A stretch of DNA of 64,000 bases from a virus (taxonomy: Duplodnaviria > Caudoviricetes), in the IMG/VR virus record IMGVR_UViG_3300031965_000009, positions 15,279-79,278 of that record, one strand, 5' to 3'. Made by a program: the position numbers and the translations under genes. Shown one piece after another: positions 26,728-36,437 of the stretch. Numbering within the stretch: position 1 is the stretch's first letter; every line of letters starts with the position of its first letter. Under the pieces are notes generated by a model. The model was not told the origin of the DNA, did not search any database, and was given only the letters and a program-made list of their open reading frames with translations.

Positions 26728-29700
26728 AGCAGACCTGTATAATGGCCAGCGCATGTATCATCCTTCTGCGATGACTACGCACAATTCCACCTACAGGTAC
26801 ATCAACACATTCAACCCCCTGCCATGGCAGGCCAAGCCATGGGCAGACATCTCGCCTGTCATATTATTTTCGGGCTCGAGGGGAGGTGGAAAAGCGCTCT
26901 ATATAGACACCGATATTGCCACCACCAACGGATATGTTAAAATGAGGGACATATCGGTTGGTGACATAGTGTTTGACGAGCGTGGAAAACAAACAACGGT
27001 TACCGAGGTAACTGATGTGATGCTTGCTAGGCCATGCTATGAAATTAGCTTCTCGACTGGAGAGTCTGTCATCTGTGACGCTAACCACGAATGGGTTGTT
27101 GGTATAGCCGGGAACAGGTCGAAGAGAGTGATTGAGACCGCCGAGACGATGTTTCATAATCAAAAAACCGGGAGGGAGAATAGCTATTCGGTTTCAGTGT
27201 GTGGTTCGGTAGAGCACGACGAAAAGGAACTTCCGGTATCGGCATGGTTGGTTGGATTTCTTATCGGAGATGGGTACCTTAAAAACGTATCTTTCACAAC
27301 GGCAGATACAGAGATAGCAGACAGGGTAGCAAGTGAGCTAGAAGAGGGACACTCGGTCGAACACAGACCTAGCGCCAGCAATAACTATACGTACCAGATA
27401 CTAACAAACAGAGCAAGGTCTAAGGATATAGAAGTAAATTCTGGCAGGGTATATCTACACTCCGATGGCAAAAAATACGTAGCCATGGCCAATGGAGATG
27501 GGACAGAGGATGGATATAAACGAGACTCGGAATATTTGGGGATGTTCGATACAGAAGAAGAGGCATGGAACGTTCTCATCGGCCATACCGGAGGAATGAA
27601 ATTAACTCTGCACGGACATGGTCTTATATACAACCTGTCTAAACTAAGTCTAAGAGACAAGACATCGGCTACAAAATTTATCCCAGACATCTATAAATAT
27701 TCCTCTGTGAACCAAAGACTAGAAGTACTCAGGGGCCTTATGGATGCGGACGGACATATACAACCGGGTCGCGGACGGGCGGAGATAACAGTTATAAGCG
27801 AGAGGCTTGCTAATGACATATTCGAGATAGCGTGCAGTCTAGGAATAAAGGCCCATATCGCTAAGAGAGATATGAAGTTTAACGGCGAGCCATATGATGC
27901 GTGGAGAGTACAGTTTACGTCTGATATTCAAGTATTCTGGTTGCCAAGAAAGGCTAATCTAGTGAAGTCTAAGCTGCGTAAAACTCAATACAGAAGGTAT
28001 ATAACATCAATCAAGAAGGTCGATTCTGTTCCTGTAAAATGTATTGAAGTTGACAGTCCGCTTCACTCTTACTTAATCACGAAGTCTCATATTCCAACCC
28101 ATAACTCCCGTCTTGCTGCCGAACGTGCTCATGCCTTCTGCTTGAAATACCCGAACGCTGTTGTGCAGGTCGTGCGCAAGACCAAGTCAAGCTTGAAGAA
28201 GTCTGTCCTGCATAACCTGACAACCAAGGTCATTGGCGATGATCCCAGGGTCTTGCATCACAAGAATGACAGCATGTTTGTCTACGACAACGGCAGCACG
28301 CTCATATACGATGGCATGTCTGACCCGGCGGCAAGAGAAAGGATGAAGAGCCGGGAGCCGGACATGGTGTGGATGGAAGAGGCTAAGGACTTTACGGAAG
28401 AAGATTACAACGAGATCATAGCATTGGTTCGTGGGACGGCCGCCCCATGGAGGCAGATTGTTCTTTCGACGAACCCTGACGGGCCATTGCATTGGATTAA
28501 CAGAAGGCTTATCTTACAGGACGAGGCTAAAGTATACTACAGCGGTGCTAAGGATAACCCGCACCTACCGATAGAGTACATAGAAAGCCTTGAATCATTG
28601 ACTGGTGTTCAGTACCAGCGCGAGGTGCTTGGCCTGTGGGTTAGCGGTAGCGGTATTATATTCGACACCTGGAAAGACGATCAGAACGGTAAGAGTAGTA
28701 ACGTTACGGCCGAAGCAGTCATTGACCCGCATGGCGGGGACATTATCTGGGCCATAGACGATGGCTATTCCGGGACGTATGATAGGGAAAGCGGGTATTA
28801 CACCGCCAATTCTCATCCACGAGCCATGCTCCTTGCGCAGCGTCGTCCCGACGGCGTGCTTGTCATTGCCGACGAAAGCTATGCCATTGAAACACTGGCA
28901 AGCAATCATATAGCCGAGAAGCTCAAGGACTGGCCCAGGCCGTACATGATCGTGCGGGACAGGGCCGCTGCGTCATTGGACGGGGCATGTCGGGAGAATG
29001 GGTTAAGAAATATTATCTACAACACCATGCACGTTGACGAATCTATCAAAGAAATGCGCAAGTGGCTGGCCGAAGACCATAACGGCGTCAGGAAAGTGCT
29101 TGTCCACCCACGCTGCAAAATGCTCAGGAGCGAGATGGCCCAGTATTCCATGGATAATGATGGCCGGGTAATCAAGGAGCATGATAATGGCTGCCTTGTT
29201 GCCGGAACCATGGTGGCTACGCCAGACGGAGAAAAGAAAATAGAAGACATAGTGTCTGGTGACATGGTCATGACAAGACTTGGCCCAAGGCCCGTTGAAG
29301 TTTCGTCCATGACGGACTCAGACGCAGAAATATGGCGATTAGAATTAAGTGACGGAAGATTTATAGAGGGTACAGGTAATCACCCAATATATGTGAAGGG
29401 TGCTGGATTCGTTGAATTGCACTCCATGTCTCCTGGTGATACAATAGATTGCATATCTAATTACATCAGGAGAAACGAATGTCGAAATCAGAAGTTATCA
29501 CTTACGGGGGAATCAGATTCCGGCGATACCCAAACTCTAAAAGATGGGCAAACAAATCGTATTATTCCCCAGGAATTGCTGACAGGCAACGGGGAATCGA
29601 GAGCCTTCACAGAGAGATTTACAAGGACAATTTTGGGCCAATTCCAGATGGCGCACACATCCATCACGCGGATGGCAACCCGCTTAATAATGACCCAAGC

Positions 29701-30271
29701 AATCTTGTTTCCGTCTCTAGTAACAGCGAACACCAGAAGCTTCATGCTGGCGAAAGAGTATACCATCCACCAACCAGGGCAGCCCTTTCGGCCGCTGCCG
29801 AATGGCACAGAAGCGACGAGGGACGAGCATGGCACAGAGAACATGGTAAGAACTCCTGGATTGGAAGAGAACCAATTACCCTATCGTGCAACCAGTGCGG
29901 ATCAAGCTACGAAACACTTGACAGGAAGGGAACAAATAGATTCTGTTCAAACGCCTGCAAGTCCTCATTTAGAAGAGCCTCTGCCGTCGATGACGAAGAG
30001 AGGATATGCGAGTGGTGCGGAGCAGAGTTCTCAATCAATAAATACAGAAAAACAAGGACGTGCACAAGATCGTGTGCTGCGTACATACGCAACAGGGAAA
30101 AGAAAACCGGTATATAACCTGGCCGTCGCTGATAATCACGAATTCTTCGCTAATGGTATTTTAACCCATAACTGCGACGCACTTCGTTATCTCATATGGA
30201 ACGAGTCATACGGCAGGGGTAGAAAGATTGATGTTGTATCATGGTCACAAATAGAGAGGGCACATGCCTAA
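26717..30271 (+). CDS. terL: terminase large subunit (about 453 aa mature) containing two inteins
   Basis: Walker A GSRGGGK|S, Walker B VWMEEA, coupling motif LSTNP, RNase H-like IDDGY and HDNG|CDALRY; 1184-404-327 = 453 aa. Confidence 0.95.
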   Translation: MNGKADLYNGQRMYHPSAMTTHNSTYRYINTFNPLPWQAKPWADISPVILFSGSRGGGKALYIDTDIATTNGYVKMRDISVGDIVFDERGKQTTVTEVTDVMLARPCYEISFSTGESVICDANHEWVVGIAGNRSKRVIETAETMFHNQKTGRENSYSVSVCGSVEHDEKELPVSAWLVGFLIGDGYLKNVSFTTADTEIADRVASELEEGHSVEHRPSASNNYTYQILTNRARSKDIEVNSGRVYLHSDGKKYVAMANGDGTEDGYKRDSEYLGMFDTEEEAWNVLIGHTGGMKLTLHGHGLIYNLSKLSLRDKTSATKFIPDIYKYSSVNQRLEVLRGLMDADGHIQPGRGRAEITVISERLANDIFEIACSLGIKAHIAKRDMKFNGEPYDAWRVQFTSDIQVFWLPRKANLVKSKLRKTQYRRYITSIKKVDSVPVKCIEVDSPLHSYLITKSHIPTHNSRLAAERAHAFCLKYPNAVVQVVRKTKSSLKKSVLHNLTTKVIGDDPRVLHHKNDSMFVYDNGSTLIYDGMSDPAARERMKSREPDMVWMEEAKDFTEEDYNEIIALVRGTAAPWRQIVLSTNPDGPLHWINRRLILQDEAKVYYSGAKDNPHLPIEYIESLESLTGVQYQREVLGLWVSGSGIIFDTWKDDQNGKSSNVTAEAVIDPHGGDIIWAIDDGYSGTYDRESGYYTANSHPRAMLLAQRRPDGVLVIADESYAIETLASNHIAEKLKDWPRPYMIVRDRAAASLDGACRENGLRNIIYNTMHVDESIKEMRKWLAEDHNGVRKVLVHPRCKMLRSEMAQYSMDNDGRVIKEHDNGCLVAGTMVATPDGEKKIEDIVSGDMVMTRLGPRPVEVSSMTDSDAEIWRLELSDGRFIEGTGNHPIYVKGAGFVELHSMSPGDTIDCISNYIRRNECRNQKLSLTGESDSGDTQTLKDGQTNRIIPQELLTGNGESRAFTERFTRTILGQFQMAHTSITRMATRLIMTQAILFPSLVTANTRSFMLAKEYTIHQPGQPFRPLPNGTEATRDEHGTENMVRTPGLEENQLPYRATSADQATKHLTGREQIDSVQTPASPHLEEPLPSMTKRGYASGAEQSSQSINTEKQGRAQDRVLRTYATGKRKPVYNLAVADNHEFFANGILTHNCDALRYLIWNESYGRGRKIDVVSWSQIERAHA
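26894..28105 (+). mobile_element. intein 1 (404 aa, class 3-like, LAGLIDADG homing endonuclease) at the Walker A K/S site
   Basis: Starts with Ala (ALYIDTDI); block B CDANHEW; LVGFLIGDG and LRGLMDADG; block F VKCIEV; ends IPTHN before +1 Ser. Confidence 0.92.
29192..30172 (+). mobile_element. intein 2 (327 aa) in the nuclease domain, with no in-frame endonuclease
   Basis: Starts CLVAGTMV; block B GTGNHPIYV; block F VYNLAV; ends ILTHN before +1 Cys. Confidence 0.92.
29479..30117 (+). CDS. HNH homing endonuclease with two Zn fingers, nested in an alternative frame inside intein 2
   Basis: Own SD AGGAGAAACGA-ATG; SLHREIY..GPIPDGAHIHHADGNPLNNDPSNL..EHQKLH; CNQC..CSNAC and CEWC..CTRSC. Confidence 0.88.
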   Translation: MSKSEVITYGGIRFRRYPNSKRWANKSYYSPGIADRQRGIESLHREIYKDNFGPIPDGAHIHHADGNPLNNDPSNLVSVSSNSEHQKLHAGERVYHPPTRAALSAAAEWHRSDEGRAWHREHGKNSWIGREPITLSCNQCGSSYETLDRKGTNRFCSNACKSSFRRASAVDDEERICEWCGAEFSINKYRKTRTCTRSCAAYIRNREKKTGI

Positions 30272-32015
30272 TAGTCATTTATTAACACAAGTTTCAGAGA
30301 CAAGGGAAGAAGCTACAGGCTTCGTGCCCCAAGACCCACTTGCTTCCACGAGCGTGCTGTCATGGCTTGTTCGGGCAGGCGAGCTCTTGCCACCATGGTG
30401 GTCACCTCGCCGCGATACAGCCCTTGCCAGCCTGTGGAAACAGTCCGGCCATCTAAGCTCCGCCGTCTATAACGCTCAGGCCAAGCTGGCAGGCATTCCA
30501 TTCGAGATAGTGCCATCAGACCCAAGCAACATGGATCATGCCAAGCTAGCCGAAGAGATGACCGACTCGCTGCTGTTCATGTCTGAGTTTGGACAGGGTT
30601 GGCTGGTGGCATACGAGAAGTTCATAGAAGACCTTCTTACACAAGATAACGGAGCCTTTTTTGAAATCATTGGTAGGGGTGATGCTGATGGCCCTATTGT
30701 TGGCAGGCCGTTGGCCGTAAGACATCTTGACAGCAGTAAATGCACCCGCACAGGCTCGCCTGAATTCCCTGTCGTTTATACCGGGGATGATAACAAGCGA
30801 TACAAAATGCACTGGACAAGAGTCATAACCATGTCGCAGATGCCAAGCAGCATGGCTGAAATGAACGGCGTAGGTTTCAGCGCCGTCTCTCGTTCGGCTA
30901 ACATAGCCCAAATCATGATCGACGCCATGATCTACAAGCAAGAGAAGCTTGGTACCAGGCCGCAGAACCAGCTTATCCTGGGCAAGGGCATAACAGGCGA
31001 GCAGATCATGGATGCTTTCTGGTTAGGTGAAGAGAGCGCTAACAATGAATCCAGGAAGAGGTTTGCCAAGACCGTGGCCATTGGCTCTGAGAACCCTGAC
31101 ATCGGTATCGACGTTATCCCATTGGGTCATAAAGACCCGTTCGATGAAGAGCAGACCATTAACATGGGCATGTTCGCCATTGCCGCCGCCTTCGGCCTTG
31201 ATGCGTCTGAACTCTGGCCTACTGGGTCAGGCAGCACGAACAAGGCTGACTCAGCCTTGCGTCGTCTGCGTTCTCGTGGCAAGTTACCGGCCCAGACAGC
31301 AGCCTCTCTCGAAGCCCAATTTAACATGAAGTTCATGCCCACTGACAGCAATGGGCAACCGTTATTGCGCATGCGCTTTGACTTCAAGGACGACGAAGAA
31401 GACCAGCAGCGGGCGCTTATCCGCGACATTCGTTCCCGTAACAGGGAGCGTGACCTGGCGTCAGGAGCCATGACCATCCGCATTGCCCGGCAACGCATGA
31501 TGGATGACGGCGATGTTAATCGCAGCGAATTTAACATGATGGAGATTGACGAAGGTAGATTGCCTAATGGGCAGGAGGTCGGGGTCTTGTTCTTCTCTGA
31601 CGAGCCTGTATTTGAAAGGCACTTGTCAGGCGTTAGCGACCTGCTCATCATCAGGGATCATGAACGCGAAGACTCTATGATAGAGTTAGAGAAAGTAAAG
31701 AGCGGGGTGCTGCGCGAACTAGCCAAGACAACCAGCGACAAGAAAACGCAGCAGTTAAAGATGGCATGTTCTGCCCTCAACTGGCTGCATGACCAATACG
31801 AGGTTGTCGGTCAGAACGAATTCTTCGACAAGATTCCACCAGGAATGCGTCGGTTCACGACAGACTCTATCTACCAGCAGCGCACAGATTTAAGGGGGGA
31901 CAGCAATGGCACAGCCAGCGGTGATACGGATCAAGCCGATACTTCCGGGCAAGATGAACAGCAAGCTACTGGACAAAGTAATACGACAAGCACTGTGGAA
32001 GGAAATTCAAACTGA
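30264..32015 (+). CDS. portal protein
   Basis: Position after terL, 583 aa, portal-like elements (FIEDLLTQDNGAFFEI; AAAFGLDASEL). Confidence 0.75.
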   Translation: MPNSHLLTQVSETREEATGFVPQDPLASTSVLSWLVRAGELLPPWWSPRRDTALASLWKQSGHLSSAVYNAQAKLAGIPFEIVPSDPSNMDHAKLAEEMTDSLLFMSEFGQGWLVAYEKFIEDLLTQDNGAFFEIIGRGDADGPIVGRPLAVRHLDSSKCTRTGSPEFPVVYTGDDNKRYKMHWTRVITMSQMPSSMAEMNGVGFSAVSRSANIAQIMIDAMIYKQEKLGTRPQNQLILGKGITGEQIMDAFWLGEESANNESRKRFAKTVAIGSENPDIGIDVIPLGHKDPFDEEQTINMGMFAIAAAFGLDASELWPTGSGSTNKADSALRRLRSRGKLPAQTAASLEAQFNMKFMPTDSNGQPLLRMRFDFKDDEEDQQRALIRDIRSRNRERDLASGAMTIRIARQRMMDDGDVNRSEFNMMEIDEGRLPNGQEVGVLFFSDEPVFERHLSGVSDLLIIRDHEREDSMIELEKVKSGVLRELAKTTSDKKTQQLKMACSALNWLHDQYEVVGQNEFFDKIPPGMRRFTTDSIYQQRTDLRGDSNGTASGDTDQADTSGQDEQQATGQSNTTSTVEGNSN

Positions 32016-32382
32016 CGTTAAGATCATGCGCGAGTACACGTCCACTTGGGAACACAAGCCCAGGTGGAACGTGCGCTCCAAGCGCATCGCCAGGGGCTAC
32101 CAGGTAGGCATGTTCACAACGGACAAGCGCTTTATCTGGGTCGAGAAGGGGACAAGCGTCAGGTGGCGAAGGATGTCGCAGGGCTGGCAAAGCAAGTCCA
32201 GGCGCGGTTCGCTTGCAGCCAGGCCCGGACAGGGCAAGGCACTGGGGTTCTACAAGACCCCACGCAAGGGCATAGAAGCCCGCGATAACCTTGAAACCAT
32301 GGCTGACACAAGAAGGGTTTTGTTCGTGCTTGAGGTACAAGCGGCCATCAATGCCGCCTCGACTGCACTGTTCAGCAAGTAG
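31906..32382 (+). CDS. basic virion morphogenesis protein (HK97 gp10-like, tentative)
   Basis: GGGGGA SD; overlaps the low-complexity portal tail by 110 nt; basic composition. Confidence 0.45.
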   Translation: MAQPAVIRIKPILPGKMNSKLLDKVIRQALWKEIQTDVKIMREYTSTWEHKPRWNVRSKRIARGYQVGMFTTDKRFIWVEKGTSVRWRRMSQGWQSKSRRGSLAARPGQGKALGFYKTPRKGIEARDNLETMADTRRVLFVLEVQAAINAASTALFSK

Positions 32383-32437
32383 TTAGCATTTTAATGAAAC
32401 ATTAAGTATAATAATGATAGACGTAATTGGAGGTCTT

Positions 32438-33919
32438 ATGAGCAACAAGGGGGGTCTATATGGCCCAGTTTCCTTTGCGGAGCTCGAGGAACTCGTCGAA
32501 GCAAGAGAAGAAGCATCCCGCATTATGTCTTTGGGGTCAGCCTTCAGTATGCTTTCGGATAACATCCTGATGGATGATGAGATTGAGGATAAGACAACGG
32601 CGTTGTCGTCCTTGCTTTCAGAATACTCAGAGAGGTTAAGCAACGCAAACAAAAGTGCCGGGGTGGAAGCCACGGGGGAGCCATCAGGCTTTGAGGTATT
32701 GCTAAACATCTGGTCTGCCATGAAAGGCACGCCGATGAAATCCGAGGAAGACGAAGTATTCCCTGCGAGCCATTACCTAATCGTTGATAATCCGCAAGAC
32801 CCGGAAACATGGTATATACGGGTCAAAGATAAAGCCGGTAATATTGATCCTGCCCTGCTTAACAAGGCATGGTTCGATGGAGAATACAGAGACGAGCTCA
32901 AGGAATTATATTCCAAGAGTGGTCTTCGCACGCCTGAAAACATGTCGATTGTCAAGGACAAGTCCGGCAAGTGGCTGTGGTTTGCACGCTATTCCAATAA
33001 ATATTTAGATGACGATTACCCACAAGAGATTATCAGTGAGCAGTCTCATCTTAATTTCGTCAAAGAAGTCAGGGAGGGGAGGGAAGACTACCCCGAACTA
33101 TGGCTTCATCACATCAAGGGGACTACATGGGGGAAGGCCACATGGGTCGGCTACGACAGCGGCTTTGCGCTTGCTGCAGGCTATATCTATCCTGAATACG
33201 AGGATATAGCTATCAGCCTGTCCAAGCAGACAAACATACTCCTGTCTCATGGCATGTCACCTGAATCAATTATTCGTGACCCGGATAACCCAAATATTAT
33301 TTTGCAGCACGCCACGAAGGAGATTTCACCTCTTCCTGCGCATCGGGCCGCAAACAAACTGACCGGGTTTATTGTACTCGAAGAGGAGGACAACATGTCA
33401 GAGAAAGGATTGTCTCGAGAAGATCGGGAGACCTTAGTCAACATGGGTATTGCAGAAGCCTCTATCGAAAAGCTGGACAACGCAACGTCGAAAATTGCGG
33501 AGGTTGCTGAAAACAGTGACCTTCCTCGTAAAGAGGTCAGTGAACCCGATGTGGCTCAAGAGCAGACTCAGGTTGAACAAGAGGCTGTAGAAGAAGTAGT
33601 AGAACAAGTAGAAGACCGCAATGATGAATTACTTGGCATCCTGGTTGAAAGCGTAAAAGCTATCAACGACCGGATGGTAGCGGTACAAGCACTGGCTCAG
33701 GCGAACGCCAACAGCATTGAAGCCATGGCTCAAGAACACAACAAAATTGTTGGCGAAAGCACCAAGGCTTCACGCATCAGTATTTTACAATCGGTTATTG
33801 GTAATGAGGACGCACGGGTTGATGGACGAAAGTCATTAGCTCGCTCCGGGCCTGTAGAGTCAAAGCCGAACGGCGGTGGCCTTTTCTGGCGAGAGGAGGG
33901 CTGGACAAATGGAAACTAA
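32438..33919 (+). CDS. prohead protease with C-terminal scaffold-like coiled coil
   Basis: LWLHH, LLSHGM and EISPLP..AAN match the phage prohead protease pattern; acidic coiled-coil tail; GGAGG SD before ATG 32438. Confidence 0.75.
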   Translation: MSNKGGLYGPVSFAELEELVEAREEASRIMSLGSAFSMLSDNILMDDEIEDKTTALSSLLSEYSERLSNANKSAGVEATGEPSGFEVLLNIWSAMKGTPMKSEEDEVFPASHYLIVDNPQDPETWYIRVKDKAGNIDPALLNKAWFDGEYRDELKELYSKSGLRTPENMSIVKDKSGKWLWFARYSNKYLDDDYPQEIISEQSHLNFVKEVREGREDYPELWLHHIKGTTWGKATWVGYDSGFALAAGYIYPEYEDIAISLSKQTNILLSHGMSPESIIRDPDNPNIILQHATKEISPLPAHRAANKLTGFIVLEEEDNMSEKGLSREDRETLVNMGIAEASIEKLDNATSKIAEVAENSDLPRKEVSEPDVAQEQTQVEQEAVEEVVEQVEDRNDELLGILVESVKAINDRMVAVQALAQANANSIEAMAQEHNKIVGESTKASRISILQSVIGNEDARVDGRKSLARSGPVESKPNGGGLFWREEGWTNGN

Positions 33920-35357
33920 AGACATTGATCGTCTGTTCCAACTTGCTGAAAAACAGCAAGAAACAATCGAAAAAATGGCTTCCATGCATACCAAGACCCC
34001 GGCCTCGACAGGAACGTTTACCGAACTCCATGGAAATGGGAGTCTGTTCGGTAATCAGTCTGTTGAGCGCGATGTCATTACCGCACACGTTCGCCCGGTA
34101 TCTGGGTTGTCAAGCGCATTGCCGCTTCTGCCCTCTGTGATTGAAGACCCACGATTCGCTTCTATCACCGGTTATACCGACACGAACGGTAGCGAAGCTG
34201 CTACACCGTGCGATGATGCTCCAGCGGGGTATGTTAAATCATGTAAGCTGACCGCCCAATTCGGGCGGCTGCAACGTGACACCCAAACGATTGAATGGGA
34301 TAAAGTCATGCTGCAAAAGAATCGCGGGGACTTCACCGACCTTGTATTACGGGGTCGTGTCCTGGGCGGAACTAATCTTTCCCCAATGGACATGGACGGG
34401 AATGACATTCTGAACGTCGTTACCAAGAGCGAAATGGTTATCGCTGCCGTCAACATGGAACGACAGCTTTCCAAGCAAATGTGGCAGGGGTCTGTTGCCA
34501 ATAACAATGCTGGTGGGGGTTATAAAGAATTCCCAGGCTTAGACGCCCAAATTGCAACCGGACAGATTGATGCTGATAACGCCAGCGTTCTGTGCTCTGC
34601 CCTTGACTCTGATGTCAAGAACTTCGGCTATGATTCAGTCGGTGGCACTGGCCGAGACATTGTAGAATATCTGGCCATGCTCGAGTTCTACCTGCGTTCC
34701 AATGCCGAGCGCATGGGCCTTGACCCGGTAACATGGGGCATTTTCATGCGACCTGAACTCTGGTTTGAACTGTCCGCTGTCTGGCCATGCCGCTACCTGT
34801 CTAACCGCTGCGCGACTTCATCTGGTGCCAACCCCATTGTCATCAACGATAACGTGAACGTTAGTGAACGCGATAACATGCGGAACGGCCTGTACATTGA
34901 CATCAATGGCAACCGCTATCCAGTCTACCTTGACACGGGCATTTTCGAGCATACCAACATAAACAACGCAAACGTTGGCTTGGGTCAGTATGCTAGCTCG
35001 ATTTACTTCGTGCCCTTGACCATTACTGGCGGCTTCCCTGTTACATACCGTGAATACCTGAACTACAAGGATTCCTTGGCCACTCAGAATACCACCTACC
35101 TGCGAGGGAAAGAAGTATTCTGGACTGACGACGGCATGTTCTCATGGGCCGTTGAAGACCAAAAATGGTGCTTCAAACTTTCGGTGAAGACGGAGCAGCG
35201 CATCGTCTTGCGCACCCCGCAGCTTGCTGGTCGTATTGACGCTGTCCTCTACGAGCCTCTGCAGCATCTGCGTGATAGCGACCCAACGTCGCCATACTGG
35301 CAAGACGGTGGGGTTTCTATAGTTGGTAACACTCCAAGCTATGCGGTTTGGAACTAA
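33909..35357 (+). CDS. major capsid protein
   Basis: Follows protease/scaffold; strong GAGGAGG SD at ATG 33909; 482 aa; terminator immediately downstream. Confidence 0.75.
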   Translation: METKDIDRLFQLAEKQQETIEKMASMHTKTPASTGTFTELHGNGSLFGNQSVERDVITAHVRPVSGLSSALPLLPSVIEDPRFASITGYTDTNGSEAATPCDDAPAGYVKSCKLTAQFGRLQRDTQTIEWDKVMLQKNRGDFTDLVLRGRVLGGTNLSPMDMDGNDILNVVTKSEMVIAAVNMERQLSKQMWQGSVANNNAGGGYKEFPGLDAQIATGQIDADNASVLCSALDSDVKNFGYDSVGGTGRDIVEYLAMLEFYLRSNAERMGLDPVTWGIFMRPELWFELSAVWPCRYLSNRCATSSGANPIVINDNVNVSERDNMRNGLYIDINGNRYPVYLDTGIFEHTNINNANVGLGQYASSIYFVPLTITGGFPVTYREYLNYKDSLATQNTTYLRGKEVFWTDDGMFSWAVEDQKWCFKLSVKTEQRIVLRTPQLAGRIDAVLYEPLQHLRDSDPTSPYWQDGGVSIVGNTPSYAVWN

Positions 35358-35387
35358 CAACTCGCTGTAGTTGAGTCACTCTCCTGG

Positions 35388-35417
35388 AAAGGGGTACTTT
35401 AACCGGTACCCCTTTTT
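35388..35417. terminator. terminator between the capsid gene and the convergent HNH gene
   Basis: AAAGGGGTAC / GTACCCCTTT 10-bp stem plus T tract; the HNH stop codon lies in the loop. Confidence 0.75.
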
Positions 35418-36145
35418 AGTTTCCTGTAATCTATGATCTTGTCATGCTTCTCGAAGTTACACTTTTGGCACAACGGTTGTAGATTATCTATGTTGCTAGT
35501 CCCGCCACTAGAGATGGGTATTATGTGATCTACATTCACCCTAACCTCGTCGAACGACCTGCCACAGCACAAGCAGCGATTGTCATATTGCTCACACAGG
35601 GCTTTGAATTCAGCCGCCGTATAGGAACCGCCCGCCTGGGTTTTACGGGTTCGCCGGCGGTGTTGATTGGCGACGTGCTTTTCGGGGTTATTCTTTTGCC
35701 ACCGGGAAACAGCAGCGCGAGCCTTGTCTGGGTTGTTGACCCGCCACTTCTGACTATTCTCACGCACCTTATCGGGGTTATTGGCCCGCCAGCGAGTGCT
35801 GCGCCTGCGATTACCTTCGCGGGCCTTTTCTGGGTTGCTTGCTCTCCAACGACGCTTACCCTCTTTTATCTTTTCAGGATTAGTGTCTGCCCACCGACGA
35901 CTGCGCTCTCGTTCCTTATCGGCGTTGTCGGCTCTCCATCTAGCGTCAGATATGGCCTTACACGATACACACGCTCCCCACTTGTTTCTATCAACTCCCC
36001 CACAATTCCTACACTCCCAATCTTTTCTTGCTGGCTTGCCATAACAAGCTTTGCAATCTGGGCGGTATCCGTCCTTGCTTTTGGCGTTTTTCCAGAATTC
36101 ATTAAGCGGTTTGACAACCCTACATTTACTACACTTCTTTGTCAT
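35399..36145 (-). CDS. free-standing HNH endonuclease
   Basis: N-terminal CSKC/CKAC Zn fingers; C-terminal CLCCG...VDHIIPISSGGTSNIDNLQPLCQKCNFEK. Confidence 0.92.
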   Translation of the reverse strand: MTKKCSKCRVVKPLNEFWKNAKSKDGYRPDCKACYGKPARKDWECRNCGGVDRNKWGACVSCKAISDARWRADNADKERERSRRWADTNPEKIKEGKRRWRASNPEKAREGNRRRSTRWRANNPDKVRENSQKWRVNNPDKARAAVSRWQKNNPEKHVANQHRRRTRKTQAGGSYTAAEFKALCEQYDNRCLCCGRSFDEVRVNVDHIIPISSGGTSNIDNLQPLCQKCNFEKHDKIIDYRKLKRGTG

Positions 36146-36214
36146 AAAAAAACTCCTTGCCCGTTGCCATTAGTCATGCTTTGTCATCTCGCTCATTCTC
36201 GCAGTTATTATATA

Positions 36215-36433
36215 CTAACTTTTTCGCTGCATCATGCATGGCGGCATAGAAATCTCGTTCCTATTAACCCTGACCACACGCCCCTTTCCGGGGCCGTTTC
36301 GTATCACTGCATAAAACCAACCATCACCAGATAGCCAATCCCGCTCTTCAATCTCGGCAATAATATCCCCGCCCCACGCTTCCGACACCAAACCATAGAC
36401 TTTGTTAAAGCTAATACATACTATCATTCTCAT
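36215..36433 (-). CDS. hypothetical protein
   Basis: GAGGAG SD directly after the 18-bp repeat. Confidence 0.5.
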   Translation of the reverse strand: MRMIVCISFNKVYGLVSEAWGGDIIAEIEERDWLSGDGWFYAVIRNGPGKGRVVRVNRNEISMPPCMMQRKS

Positions 36434-36437
36434 ACTC

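Noticed and set aside
26770-26790. THN-S motif near the terminase N-terminus, suggesting a split-intein C-fragment
   Set aside because: There is no block F upstream and no intein N-fragment at the end of terS; it is likely coincidence.
29488-29844. Third (minus-strand) ORF inside intein 2
   Set aside because: It has no SD and no motifs; it is probably a by-product of the dual-coding constraint.
35525-36334. 269 aa plus-strand ORF
   Set aside because: It is the antisense shadow of the clear HNH gene and has no motifs.
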